From positions 11,911-75,910 of the forward strand of contig JAQGDQ010000959.1 of the NCBI GenBank assembly GCA_030141605.1: a stretch of DNA of 64,000 nt. Reading direction: 5' to 3'. Source of the DNA: Tubiluchus corallicola. Taxonomy: Eukaryota; Animalia; Priapulida. Positions 13,561 to 25,944 of the stretch are shown piece by piece. Each line of letters opens with the position of its first letter. Position 1 is the first letter of the stretch. Under the pieces are notes generated by a model, which had not been told where the DNA came from, did no database searches, and saw only the letters and a program-made list of their open reading frames with translations. Made by a program: the position numbers and the translations under genes.

Positions 13561-13729
<169 letters not shown>

Positions 13730-13921
13730 GATATATGTTATAAAATTTACAGTTAGAAATGTATGTCCCACTGATTGTGTTTTTCATTTTGTGATGTATT
13801 ATACGTCATTAGTAAGTCTGGATACAGATTAAGTGCAGTTGGTTGTAAAATTTCCGCTTTTTACTCTTATACTTTTGAAACTGGTGATCTCGAGGCCGAG
13901 ATGTGTTGTTCCGAAACTTAA

Positions 13922-15156
13922 AGGACAAGAAAAGGGGCACCTGAAGTAGGTTTCAGAAAAATCGTCTTAAAAAATTATATTACTTTATAGCAATTTTATG
14001 CGTTTATCTTATTCGCACTGAAAGGAATTTTAGTTTGTTTTCATTTTAAATCTCCCGCAATACTGTTCCGATGTCGCCGTTACATGACGTCATGCACCAA
14101 ACGTAAATCACGGGAAGAAAAGGCAATGTTAAATTATATCTCAAAAGACTTTCGTGCAAATCTATGTTACTTAGATTTTTGCTTACCTGCTAGAAAGATT
14201 CATGTAACTAGAAAAGAAAATTATTAATTATTTAAAATATTTTCACAAATTGGTAAAATGTCGCTGACTTACCCTACAGGGTGCACCACTCACTAACAAA
14301 AAAACGTATTTTTAATCTTATTGACAAGACACAGTAATTTTAAATTTTATTTAGTTAGTGGCTTGTGCGCTACGAATGCTCTGATTATTTTTCAAACTTT
14401 ACACAATGTTATCTAAACTTGTTTCGAATGACCTGTCGTGAAAATGGCTGCGTTTAACGGTCATCGCGGGAGTTTAAATTTACATGTTTTATACAGCGTG
14501 ACTGCCGATTGAAGTCCTTCACGGAAAATGCAGCATGTAAGCGATATAAAATTTCAAAACGAATTTTTCAAGCTTTATGTTTATGAAGGGTTTTCTTGTG
14601 CTTTAAGTTTGGACGAAATATATGTTGTCTCAATTGCTCTTGTTTTTAGTGGCTTAGAAATTTTATTAAAGAGGAAAAAGGCAATATTAAAGTACGCATG
14701 TCCCAAAAAACTTACAAAGTTATATATTACTTTGCATTGCCTTTTCCTGTTTGAGTGACTCAAGTAAATGGTAAAGACAGACCTTAGCAATTTAAAATGT
14801 TCGCGCAAGCTGGCAAAACGTCACTGACTTCCCAGTGTGCACCACTGATTCATCAAAAAACACTTTGTCAATCTTATTGATACAGGAAAGTAATTTGAAC
14901 TTTTTCTTAGTTAGCGAAGTTTGTGCTACGAAAGCTGTGATTATTTTTTCAAACTTTGCGCAATGTTGTCTAACTTGTTTCAAACGACGTATCGTTAAAA
15001 TGGCTTTGCCTAAACGTCATCACGGGCCATTAAATTTAAGTTTTAGACAGCGTTACTGCTAGTGCAAGCTCTGTGCGCAATAAGGCAGTATGCAAGTTAT
15101 ACTAGATTTCAAGACTATATTTTTAGCCTTACGTAAGTTAAGGGTTTTCTGGTCCT
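13922..15156. mobile_element. TTAA-flanked TIR element (Kolobok-like) with two diverged right ends
   Basis: TTAA|AGGACAAGAAAA at 13918-13933. Right ends TTTTCTTGTGCT|TTAA (ends 14602) and TTTTCTGGTCCT|TTAA (ends 15156). About 14250-14602 aligns by eye with about 14810-15156. Confidence 0.7.
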
Positions 15157-17204
15157 TTAAATCTACACGTATATTACTATAATTTACATGCTAGTGAGCC
15201 CCTTTTACCTTATAAATAACCTGCTAACAGTAACGTATGGCTGACAGAAATTTGTGTCCTTTCAACGCACGTTTGAGAAATTTCCACTTAATCTTCACGA
15301 ACTGTGTACTTAATAAGCTCATTATTCTCAGCGTTTAACTGCGGTTTTGCCAAACTTTTTCAGTTGTTTTTTTTTCTAGACGTTCTACTGTTTTACAGAC
15401 TTTTCTGAGTGAAGTATACAACTAATTAAGCTCTTGATTGTAGACTGACGCCTGAAGTTGCTTCCACATGCTACGCATTAAGGGGTTTTTAGCTGTTGAA
15501 GCTGGTGAATTCTGGAATACTTATCAACATTCTCTTCCAGGTGGAGCCCCAAGCGCCACAAAGCGTGCAACTCGTTGAAGAGAAAACGAAAACAAACTCT
15601 AAATTGTCCGTTAGACCAGGTTATTATGCATTTTTTATGTTGATTTTTGAATGTCCACATTTAGCGACGTCAACGAGATGTCGTTGTAGGTACTGTTGTG
15701 ACTGCATTAATGTTCCTTTTTGAAGACTGCAATATTACATTGTTTGTATGGTTTATAGGTCTGATTTGGCGTCACCCTCGCAGACCCTTGTTATCGGAAG
15801 TCTGCTGTGACATTATATCTGTTCTTGCTACTTTAAATTTTCTCAGCCCTGAGCCCGTGGACATCTCGTGAATTTCGCGTTGGCTTCAAAACGTTTTCTC
15901 GTTCTCTTGCTGCTTTTCAAATTTTTCCCCTGATCTTTCATCCATGCAGAATGCCTGCTTATATTTCCAGGTTTTCCCTCGGGTCGCGTTTGTAATTGTT
16001 TTCCTGGTTCACTAGAAGAATCACTTCAAAGGTTCAATTCACAGTGACCGAACGGTCTCGAGAGGCCAGTAAGTTTTGGTGCGGTCGTAAAGAATTGTGC
16101 GAAGCCACTTTTAAACCTGACATTTTATAGGTCAGAATGTTGAGAGACCACCAACAATTTGTTAGCTCAAGTCACACTGATCCTATGTAACCTTCAACAT
16201 GTGTTTTTTCCAGTGGAGCGCGAAAAATTCCTCCAAATCAGCACTTGTGAGGGTTAAACCTGAGCAACTGTTGCAGCTGCTAAGATGGCGGCTGTCAATA
16301 TATAGACTGTACTCTTCCGAAGCCTGAGCGCCAATTATAAACACGCAGAAGTGTTGATTGGAAAATAACAAACACATTGGCGTTCTACATGACTGAAAAT
16401 TCTAAGCATCCCTTGCAAAAGTCAAAACAATAAGAAGCGATCTTATAGTAACAGTAGCTGCAGCTGTAGCTGAAAGTAAACACGTGTTATATATCGACCT
16501 TAGACTCTTTATACTTTTTCTGTGAGGAAGTAAAACCCTTTTTTCGAATTTGTCTTGATTATGTATACAAGACATCACAGTCTGTTAACTTAAATAAATA
16601 CGGGAAATCAATTGTTTTTCCAGCTGCAAATTTATCACAGTCGAATTGAGTTCAACTTGAGGGTCACATATTAATATTTTTTCATGCACTTCGCAGTAAT
16701 TCTCATCTCAGCCGTTGTAGTTTTAATTGCTGACATAACTGAGCTTCATTGTCGACTTACACTAGGTTTATCATTAACGAACTTTATATAAAAAAACCTC
16801 AGTGAGTGTTGATAATTATGGTCATTTACGGGATAATTACTGTCATTTCGGTTGAATTATCGAGTATTGATAAATATTGGCTGGCTTCAGTTAATTACAA
16901 TGTATTGCTAAAGCCACTATTAATTTATTTAAGGGAAAAGATTAAGCATCTTCAAATTGTAAGGTAGATAGGTAGATAGGTACAGGTTGCATGGACTTGG
17001 CATTGTCTTACATATTCATGAGATTTCTGGAATTTTTCTACATTATAGTCTCTGCGACTGCACAGGTGACATAAATAATTTTCTACGTACACATCCTTAA
17101 TTTCGCCTTTTAGTAATTATACATTCGAGCTGTCTGGCACTCAAATGTTGGAGTTAACTAGAAGAGGATCAGTTCCCACACCGGAGCTTTTGTGATACAA
17201 TTAT

Positions 17205-17626
17205 CAGTGGCGGATTTAGTGGGTGGGCCCTTCATAGTAGCAATTACAGTACACCAAGTGAATTTTCTCTAGATTATAAGCTAGAACGTTTAGTGGTAGC
17301 TTTTAATGACTTATATCGAGTTGAAAGTTCTGCATTAATGATTTCAGTGTAAAAACGTTTGTGCCCTTTAAGTGATAATTGAAGTTTTAGGCAAAGATGT
17401 CGCTGTGCGCAATTATATGTTACACTAGGGTGTATACTAGTATATTGGTGTGTAATTAAGAGTCAAAAGTTTGAAGTGACATAATGAGTTTTAAAATATT
17501 GAATTTACTTTAGGAAATAGTAAGAAGAATGGTCTAAAATGCAGTAAAATGCATCGGCAGCCGGGGTTCCCCAGACCCCCTAGCTAGTTGGACCCACCCT
17601 TTTTCCAAAGCCTGTATCCGCCGCTG
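17205..17626. mobile_element. Non-autonomous hAT-like TIR element with apparent 5-bp TSD
   Basis: CAGTGGCGGAT...ATCCGCCGCTG termini, with ATTAT on both sides. Confidence 0.65.
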
Positions 17627-18045
17627 ATTATGGTGACGCAGTCTCTAGAGACAGTCCATTCAAGTTGTCAACATAAGACTCAGGGCGAGTATGGAAGTCT
17701 CTGGCAAATTCTGTACGTTAATTGAAAAGTATCGGGTTTTCTGCTGAACTGCTTCAAAAACCTATTTCTACTATGTGAATAATGAATATGATTAATCAAT
17801 GGCTGATGAATTGAATAAGCTGAGCACTGCATAATTATTAGATTGCAATCGCGAAGCAGATCCAGAGGTGGAACAGTTCACATCTGCTTTCAAATTAAAC
17901 ATTTGTTTGGCACAGGTGCTGTAGTTAATCTCCTACGTATCTAGAGACTGAATAGAGAAAAGTAATTGCCCAAGTTAATTGTAGAATTTCAAGTTTTCCA
18001 ATTCGCATCCACTAAACATCGCTTAACTGTGTCTTGCTTCAATCC

Positions 18046-18240
18046 ACACCTAGTCACACGTTCTTAGTCACCTAGTCACACGTTCTTTGTCACCTAGTCA
18101 CACCTAGTCACACGTTCTTAGTCACACCTAGTCACACGTTCTTAGTCACTTAGTCACACCTAGTCACACGTTCTTAGTCACCAACCAAGTCACACCTAGT
18201 CACCTAGTCACACGTTCTTAGTCACACCTAGTCACACGTT
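18046..18240. repeat. Compound short repeat built from AGTCACACCT / AGTCACACGTTCTT / AGTCACCT units
   Basis: Directly visible irregular array. Confidence 0.9.
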
Positions 18241-19006
18241 CGTTTTTATTTCTCCCCTGTAAATACAATGAATGATTACTGATTCTTCTGTGTGTTGGAA
18301 TTCACTTAATGAACTGCTTAACTCTCTGTACTGCATCATTCATGGCCAGCAGAAAGCGATCAGTATGCAAAACAGTATGTACTACACCCACTTGGGGGTG
18401 TGGAATGCCCCACATTGCACCTTTGGGTCCTCATGGTGCTCCGAGACGTTCTGCTGATTAGTCTGCCCCCGTGAATATCTCAGTGAGTTACCAGCTTGCA
18501 CTTCTTGGATGACCTCAGATTTGGTCATCGCCACACAGTATACGGTATCAGCAGTTAACTGGAGATGACCCGTTTAACACGTTACCTTGCTGCAATGACG
18601 AACCACTGTGAACACTCCCTCTGTAACCGACACAGAAATAGCATAAAATGGTGGCGAATACGTAAAAGAGAAACTCGCTCCTCCGATGTCGTCCAAGTTC
18701 CACGAATCCAGTGCTCATGGTCACTATTTAGTGTTAAAGGACAACAGCTAGCTAAGCAAAAAAATTTAAACTGCTAATATGAACACGAGAACGAAAATAA
18801 ACAATTGCAGTAAAAACAAAGTCAGTGGAAGAATCGAAATTCCGACGCCTGTCAAGTCATACTGTCACGGGACAATGATAAGCGGACTTGGAAAAATAGT
18901 AGTCATGGTAACAATTGTTCTGATGATCTTCGTCTAATCACGTGACAGAGATGAGACTGATTCCTTGAATTCTTGGAAACGATTCTAATTTTCTAAGTAC
19001 ATCACT

Positions 19007-19085
19007 ACAATACAATACAATGCAATACAATACAATACAATACAATACAATACAATACAATACAATACAATACAATACAATACAA
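19007..19085. repeat. (TACAA)n pentanucleotide microsatellite
   Basis: Directly visible. A short TACAATACAAT also follows the LINE tail at about 19864. Confidence 0.95.
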
Positions 19086-19861
19086 AGAAGAAACTACAGG
19101 AACGTTCTAGGAATGAAATGGCCAAAGAATATGTCAAACCAGGATCTGTACAATAAAGTCAAAGCAGAAGAATGGACAGTTAAAATCAAAAGAAGATTAA
19201 GATGGATAGGACATGTTATGCGGCTACCAGATGACAGTCCATTAAAAATAGTTTCAAAGAAGCACTGCAGGAAGAAAAGAAACCGCAAGGAGGACAACTG
19301 CTGACTTATATCAATTTCATCCAAAAAGATCTTACCAACACACCATTAGATATCAGAAATCAGAGACATGGGAGGTTGCCGGTGACAGGGCAGCATGGAG
19401 TAAAGTGATCAGGAGGGTCATGTCAAACGACGTGTGACTCGAGAAACATGGGAGGTTGTGGGTGACAGGGCAGCATGGAGTAAAGTGATCAGGAAGGTCA
19501 GGTCAAACGACGTGTGACTCCAGAGACATGGGAGGTTGCGGGTGACAGGGCAGCATGGAGTAAAGTGATCAGGAGGGTCATGTCAAACGACGTGTGACTC
19601 CAGAGACATGGGAGGTTGCGGGTGACAGGGCAGCATGGAGTAAAGTGATCAGGAGGGTCATGTCAAACGACGTGTGACTCCAGAGACATGGGAGGTTGTG
19701 GGTGACAGGGCAGCATGGAGTAAAGTGATCAGGAGGATCATGTCAAGCGACGTGTGACTCCAGAAACATGGGAGGTTGCCGGTGACAGGGCAGCATGGAG
19801 TAAAGTGATCAGGAGGGTCATGTCAAGCGACGTGTAACTCCAGAGATGATGATGATGATGA
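19086..19861 (+). mobile_element. 5'-truncated RTE-clade LINE with (GAT)n tail
   Basis: Translation RNVLGMKWPKNMSNQDLYNKVKAEEWTVKIKRRLRWIGHVMRLPDDSPLKI carries the RRLRWxGHVxR motif of the RTE ORF C-terminus. A terminal AGDRAAWSKVI motif follows, then a (GAT)5 tail at about 19845-19861. Confidence 0.85.
19361..19845 (+). repeat. 80-bp minisatellite (6 copies) derived from the RTE 3' end
   Basis: Unit starts at 19361, 19441, 19521, 19601, 19681 and 19761. The unit encodes ETWEVAGDRAAWSKVIRRVMSNDV*. Confidence 0.92.
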
Positions 19862-20524
19862 CCTACAATACAATATAGTTAGGAATTAGTGAATGAATGA
19901 TGATAAGTAGAATGATTAAATTTTCTTTCAATAACAATTAATGCGTTAAAAATAGTAATTCGTCCTCTTAGTATGCCGTAATTATTGCATAATTGGAGAG
20001 CACGACGTAACATAACATAACATGAATGACTTCGTAATTTTGTGTTAGTAAAGTTATGAAAAGAAATTACTTCATTTTGTCACCAATAATTTCAGTTCAC
20101 AGTTCATAAGTAGATTAGACTATAATCTCTCAGATATCAAAATGGCGGCCTGTGTGAATTTTTTACGTTTTTTTCAAATAAAAGTGACGGTTGTAAGTGT
20201 GTTTTCTTTTTCTTTTTTTGCAAATGCCTATGTGCACTTTTTTATTTTTTTACCCAGTAATTATTTCGCTTTTTAATTTTTTATTCCTTACATAATTGTT
20301 TTTAATTTGTTTTCCTATGTTTTTTGAAAATATTCTTTTTTGTCATGGACATCAGCGTCATCATGGTTTCCACTGTTGTCATCATCATCATCATCATCAC
20401 CTTCCCATTACTTAAGTCACCGCCCGATGACCACTGTCATGTACATCTTTACTGCTAAATCAGCGCGCCTCATAAAAATGTTCTCTGGAACTTCATTTTT
20501 TAACAGTTACCCGTTTTGGAGAAC

Positions 20525-20811
20525 TATTCACCTGAAATAGTGGTTTAGTTGCCTTGACTCGGGACTATCTTACCTGTGTGAAAACTTCACCTAGTTCCAT
20601 CTGCAGGAACTTACTGGTGATGGAATACATGTGAGGACAACTCACATCCTCTGATGATGTCTCCGAGTTATTCACCTGAAATATTAGTTTTATTTACCTT
20701 AACTCGGGACTCTCTTACCTGTGTGAAAACTTCACCTAGACAGCATCTGCAGAAACCTATTGGTGATGGAATACATGTGAGGAACACTCACATCCTCTGA
20801 TGATGTCTCCG
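20525..20811. repeat. Two-copy tandem duplication of about 144 bp
   Basis: TATTCACCTGAAATA...CTCTGATGATGTCTCCG occurs twice with scattered substitutions. Confidence 0.85.
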
Positions 20812-21909
20812 GGTAATTAATGAATAGTCTTGACTAATAAGAAACTGAATATTGGTGTCATTGTTAGTTGCAACATATTTTAAATAGAAGCTGACAGTAT
20901 GTAAAGACATTCAGTCTTCCTGGCTTGATCTTCATAATGTGACGACATCAATCTGACTACAGACTTTTTGTAAAAAAAACAGATTTCTGTCTACCTTGAT
21001 CTCTTGAATGAAAGCTCTACGTATGGATACCATTAACGCCTAAGTGTTTCCAGTTTTTAGATCAAACCACAGATTTTTCAAGATAGATTCTGTCTGTTGC
21101 TGGTTGTGACGAGCTTTCCCCGAACATCAGCTTATGATAACGCTGTGCTTTCGGCAGCTGCAGCAGTTATGGTGCCCGTTATAAATAGTTTTTAGTTCAC
21201 TAGATCTCTTTACACTGGTGCATTTAGCTGAGCCATTCCATGTTTAGCACGCCTCGGCAGGCAAACACTTGAAGAATCCCCAAGTTTTAAACCCATAAAC
21301 ATGTCATGGTAGCTGACATTTCAAATCGTCTGCCCTAGATACCGACTCGGCGAGTTTTCTGAAAGAAATCATTCATTGCGTGGGTGTGAGCGTCCGCCAC
21401 AAAAACAACGTTTGAAACCGGAAAAAGCTGCGATGTTTTTACACTCAATCAGTAGGAGGTCTTGTCCTTCAGCTGAAATGCATACCTTGAAAGTAAGTGC
21501 AAGTTAGAACCTTGGTTTCATTCTGTAATACGTGACTACAGATAACGTGCTCTGGATTCTTTGCATGTGTGCTGTGCGGTACTTCTAGAATCTGGCACCA
21601 AATCAAACGATTTTTATGAATTTAATACAGTGCAGTTTAGACTATACTGTACATCTACCTGATAGGACATCTCAGATCGAAACGTCGTATGGCTTTTTAA
21701 TTGCGTTTGTGTCTTTCTGAGATTTTGAAGAATGGATGCAGCTTATAAAAAATTCATACATTAGAAGGTTGTTGTTCTTCTGATCCTCAAAACGGAAATT
21801 TTCGCTTCAGAGGTTGTCAATCGTTTAATGAGCATTTGTGTAACTTTTGTCATCGCTTGCGGAAGGAAACAGCCTCATTTTTTACCTGGCAAATTCCCGC
21901 TGGTCTTAA

Positions 21910-22439
21910 AAGAAAACCGGACGATTGTGTAAACATTAGTTCAGAATAAAGAATGGTCTAAAATATTGAAAAGTAGAACAGCTTTTTTTAAATGAAAGCT
22001 TAGATTAAATAATAATTACCTCGGATACTCAAATTTCGTTAAACTTTCAAAGTTACGCGCGGCTCAGTGAATCTGCTAAGACTGGCAGTGGCGCCTTTTT
22101 GTCACATTCCTGTGGCCGACAAATAGAAGGCGGTACTGTGATAACTGCGTGTTAGTTTCTGACATTAAGTGATGTAGAGTCCATTTTCGTGACATCATGC
22201 GTTTAAGCACTAACATACGCAAACGTACTTGACGGGCAAGGGAAGATGCCTGTCATTGCATAAACTATGGTTAGTTTCTGACGTAAGCAATAGCTGTGTT
22301 CGGTTCCCGTTAATTAACTTTCTAAACTATTATTAAAATTATTATTAGAAACAATTGCTAACTCTTATATGCAAGAAAATGTATATTTTGAACAGTAAAT
22401 TAAAACCAGATTGAGTGTAAACAATCGTCCGGTCTTCCT
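21910..22439. mobile_element. Kolobok-type MITE family A, copy 1
   Basis: TTAA|AAGAAAACCGGACGATTG ... CAATCGTCCGGTCTTCCT|TTAA. Internal sequence is shared with seven other copies in the window. Confidence 0.88.
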
Positions 22440-23161
22440 TTAAGTAGTTCAAATTTATTTCAAAATTTAAGGGCTGGAAGAAATTTCCATTGCCCTTCCG
22501 GTTCTGTTGTTCTAACCTTGCTTATTATTAGTTTTCATAAGTTCGTTCTGTGTGATATATTTAACTTGCGTGACTGAGTGACTGAAGCCTTCCGCGGCTT
22601 TATGCTCTGCTTTGCAATCACGTTACCTATATAATGGCACGCGTGAAGAACGTTTCTATTAAACTTTCTATAATAACTGTAACCATCATAGCCGTTTCAC
22701 GTGTCTAAGTGGCTGGCATCATCGTAAATTATTAAGCACCATTAGGCGATTGCCAACCACTAAATTCTTATTTAATAAATTAATCTCTTGTTCGGGAGTT
22801 GTCGATGCAATTTCCCGGGGGGCTTGTGAAGCTATTCGATTAATTGATGATACTCATTAAGGTTATGAGAATGATGGAGACTTATCACGTATACTCCTAA
22901 GCTCCTTGTTATATTGTCCCATAATGATATTAGCGGTGATTATATATGCATGATTTCTTATGCACAATATGCAATATAGACTAAACTTCCGATTAATTGT
23001 ACCGTATGTTACGGTACATCTTGACTCTTCAGCATTATGACTATGAGTCAGTGAAATGGGAACTTATTATATTATTGTAGTATCCACCCAACTGCTGCCT
23101 GTTGATTTAATATCGCATTACATTTCCCTTACTTTTCAAGCAGTTAAAATTACTAGTGAGC

Positions 23162-23473
23162 AATAGTAAATTGACTAAACTGTATCTGCAGTTACGTCCA
23201 AGGTACCTAGTGTAACCTCAACTTCTATACCTATCTACTGTCTGCTAGACATTTACGTATTCCTCTCATATAAAGGAAAAGCCAGGTCTTTTGTGAAGAG
23301 AGGCTTATTTCAATGTTAATAGTAAATTGACAAAACTGTATCTGCAGTTACGTCCAAGGTACCTTGTGTAACATCAACTTCTATACCTATCTACAGTCGG
23401 CTAGACATTTACGTATTCCTCTCATATAAAGGAAAAGCCAGGTCTTTTGTGAAGAGAGGCTTATTTCAATGTT
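23162..23473. repeat. Two-copy tandem duplication, 156-bp unit
   Basis: AATAGTAAATTGAC...TTATTTCAATGTT starts at 23162 and 23318. Confidence 0.9.
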
Positions 23474-23653
23474 CGTGAAAAATTTTACTAGTTTTCTGCA
23501 GTAAAAATGCGATAAGCACCTGTAACTTTGAAGTTGTGCTCATTTCACGCTTGGGCGCTTCCATTTTGAACGCCCTTTTATCCACCAATGACGTCATTCT
23601 TCGACTGAAATTAAGAAACGGACTGTCAATGTCTGTCAGAGGATTACATTCTA

Positions 23654-24549
23654 GTGTAGAAGCTGCTAGAGTTAACGTATTTCCCTGTGTAGAAGCTGCT
23701 AGAGTTAACGTATTTCCCTGTGTAGAAGCTGCTAGAGTTAACGTATTTCCCTGTGTAGAAGCTGCTAGAGTTAACGTATTTCCCTGTGTAGAAGCTGCTA
23801 GAGTTAACGTATTTCCCTGTGTAGAAGCTGCTAGAGTTAACGTATTTCCCTGTGTAAAAGCTGCTAGAGTTAACGTATTTCCCTGTGTAGAAGCTGCTAG
23901 AGTTAACGTATTTCCCTGTGTAAAAGCTGCTAGAGTTAACGTATTTCCCTGTGTAGAAGCTGCTAGAGTTAACGTATTTCCCTGTGTAAAAGCTGCTAGA
24001 GTTAACGTATTTCCCTGTGTAGAAGCTGCTAGAGTTAACGTATTTCCCTGTGTAAAAGCTGCTAGAGTTAACGTATTTCCCTGTGTAGAAGCTGTTAGAG
24101 TTAACGTATTTCCCTGTGTGGAAGCTGCTAGAGTTAACGTATTTCCCTGTGTGGAAGCTGCTAGAGTTAACGTATTTCCCTGTGTAAAAGCTGCTAGAGT
24201 TAACGTATTTCCCTGTGTAAAAGCTGCTAGAGTTAACGTATTTCCCTGTGTAAAAGCTGCTAGAGTTAACGCATTTCCCTGTGTATAAACTGCTAGAGTT
24301 AACGTATTTCCCTGTGTAGAAGCTGCTAGAGTTAACGTATTTCCCTGTGTAGAAGCTGTTAGAGTTAACGTATTTCCCTGTGTAGAAGCTGCTAGAGTTA
24401 ACGTATTTCCCTGTGTAAAAGCTGCTAGAGTTAACGTGTTTCCCTATGTGGAAGCTGCTAGAGTTAACGTGTTTCCCTGTGTAGAAGCTGCTAGAGTTAA
24501 CGTATTTCCCTGTGTAGAAGCTGCTAGAGTTAACGTATTTCGCTGTAGA
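23654..24549. repeat. 33-bp minisatellite, about 27 copies
   Basis: Unit GTGTAGAAGCTGCTAGAGTTAACGTATTTCCCT. It generates the VEAARVNVFPC and TGKYVNSSSFY ORFs. Confidence 0.97.
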
Positions 24550-25174
24550 AGGTAAAAAACTACACGTAAGTGTTTTCCGTACCATTAACTTTTCCCAGGA
24601 ACTGCTTCTATGTAGAACTCCGTGAACTTCTCTTCAATAAACCTGGGCACTTTAAGAGAAACTTCAATATATATATGTATTGTGATATTTGTATGTATAA
24701 ACGACTAATGAATTCCAGCGCGTGACCACGATGCTCGTGAATGCGTTATTGATACGTCTTAATAATGTGAATATTAGGCTGACCTAGAACAAGGAGTCAC
24801 GTCATACACGTAACTATTAGTAACCCAGCTTATTAAAAATCGCTTAAGATAATAACAGCAATCAGTTACGTTGACGATATATTTAGTTACTAGGTTACGA
24901 ATGTGCAGGAAATTGAGTTATCTGCAGCCTGGGCGGAGAAACAGCGGTATATTAGCGAGAAGCCGCGGGAACGAATGCTATTTCAATTTGGCTTCCTTGG
25001 CAAATCAATATAGCAAGGCACTTTCTAATCCGATTTTTTCATAAAATCTTCCGTTCTTTGCTTGATCATCAGGCTATCATCAAAGGAGAAAATAGATATT
25101 AAAACCTATTATAGTTCTTTGATGAAACTACACTATAATTTTGAGATGTTGCTCAGTCAAATGTCATAATAAAA

Positions 25175-25191
25175 TGATGATGATGATGATG

Positions 25192-25245
<54 letters not shown>

Positions 25246-25290
25246 TATTGTTAATAATAATATATTGTTAATAATAATATAATAATAATA
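25175..25290. repeat. (GAT)n(AAT)n microsatellite
   Basis: Directly visible. Confidence 0.9.
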
Positions 25291-25387
25291 CGGATCACAA
25301 TAATTAGTTTGTTGAATTTCTTGAAAGGAAACCGGTGGCAAACAAAGCGTACCTCTGTAGTTTGTGAAAAAATTCTCGCAAGCTTAA

Positions 25388-25944
25388 AGGAAGACTGGAC
25401 GATTGTTTACACTCAATCTCGTTTTAATTGACAGTCCAAAATATACGTTTTCTTGCCTATAAAAGTTAGTAATTGTTTCTTATATTTTAATAATAGTTTA
25501 TTAAGTTTTAGAAAGTTAATTAACGGCAACCGAACACAGCTATTGCTTACGTCAGAAACGAACCACATTTTGTGCAATGGCAGGCATCTTCCCTTGCACG
25601 TCAAGCACGTTTGCATAAGTGTTACAGTACTGCTTAAACGTAAGATGTCACGAACAATGCGCTCTACTTCATATGACATCGGAAACTAACACAGCAGTTT
25701 ATGATCATGCTTATCACTGTACCGCCTTCTATCTGTCGGCCACACGAATGTGACAAAAAGCGCCGCTGAAAATCTTAGTAGATTCACTGAGTCGCGCGTA
25801 GCTTTGAAAGTTTAACGAAATTTGAGTATCAGAGGTAATTATTATTTAATCTAAGCTTTGATTTTAAAAAGGCTATTATAGTTTTCAATATTTTAGAGCA
25901 TTCTTTATTCTGAACTAATATTTACACAATCATCCGATTTTCCT
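25388..25944. mobile_element. Kolobok-type MITE family A, copy 2 (opposite orientation to copy 1)
   Basis: TTAA|AGGAAGACTGGACGATTG ... CAATCATCCGATTTTCCT|TTAA. Confidence 0.88.

Noticed and set aside
20640-20700. Hammerhead ribozyme core (CTGATGA ... GAAA)
   Set aside because: The intervening sequence does not form stem II, and no stem I/III with a UH cleavage site could be built.
22998-23018. Perfect 9-bp hairpin TGTACCGTA-TGT-TACGGTACA
   Set aside because: Isolated, and plausibly chance in 64 kb. No associated element ends or RNA motif.
23536-24585. 250-aa and 313-aa repeat ORFs on opposite strands
   Set aside because: Artefact of a 33-bp tandem unit. There is no unique domain or exon context.
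25413-25689. Short ORFs recurring in similar form at 31427, 34916 and 49488-49746
   Set aside because: Chance frames within copies of the same non-coding MITE. Indels between copies do not preserve frame.
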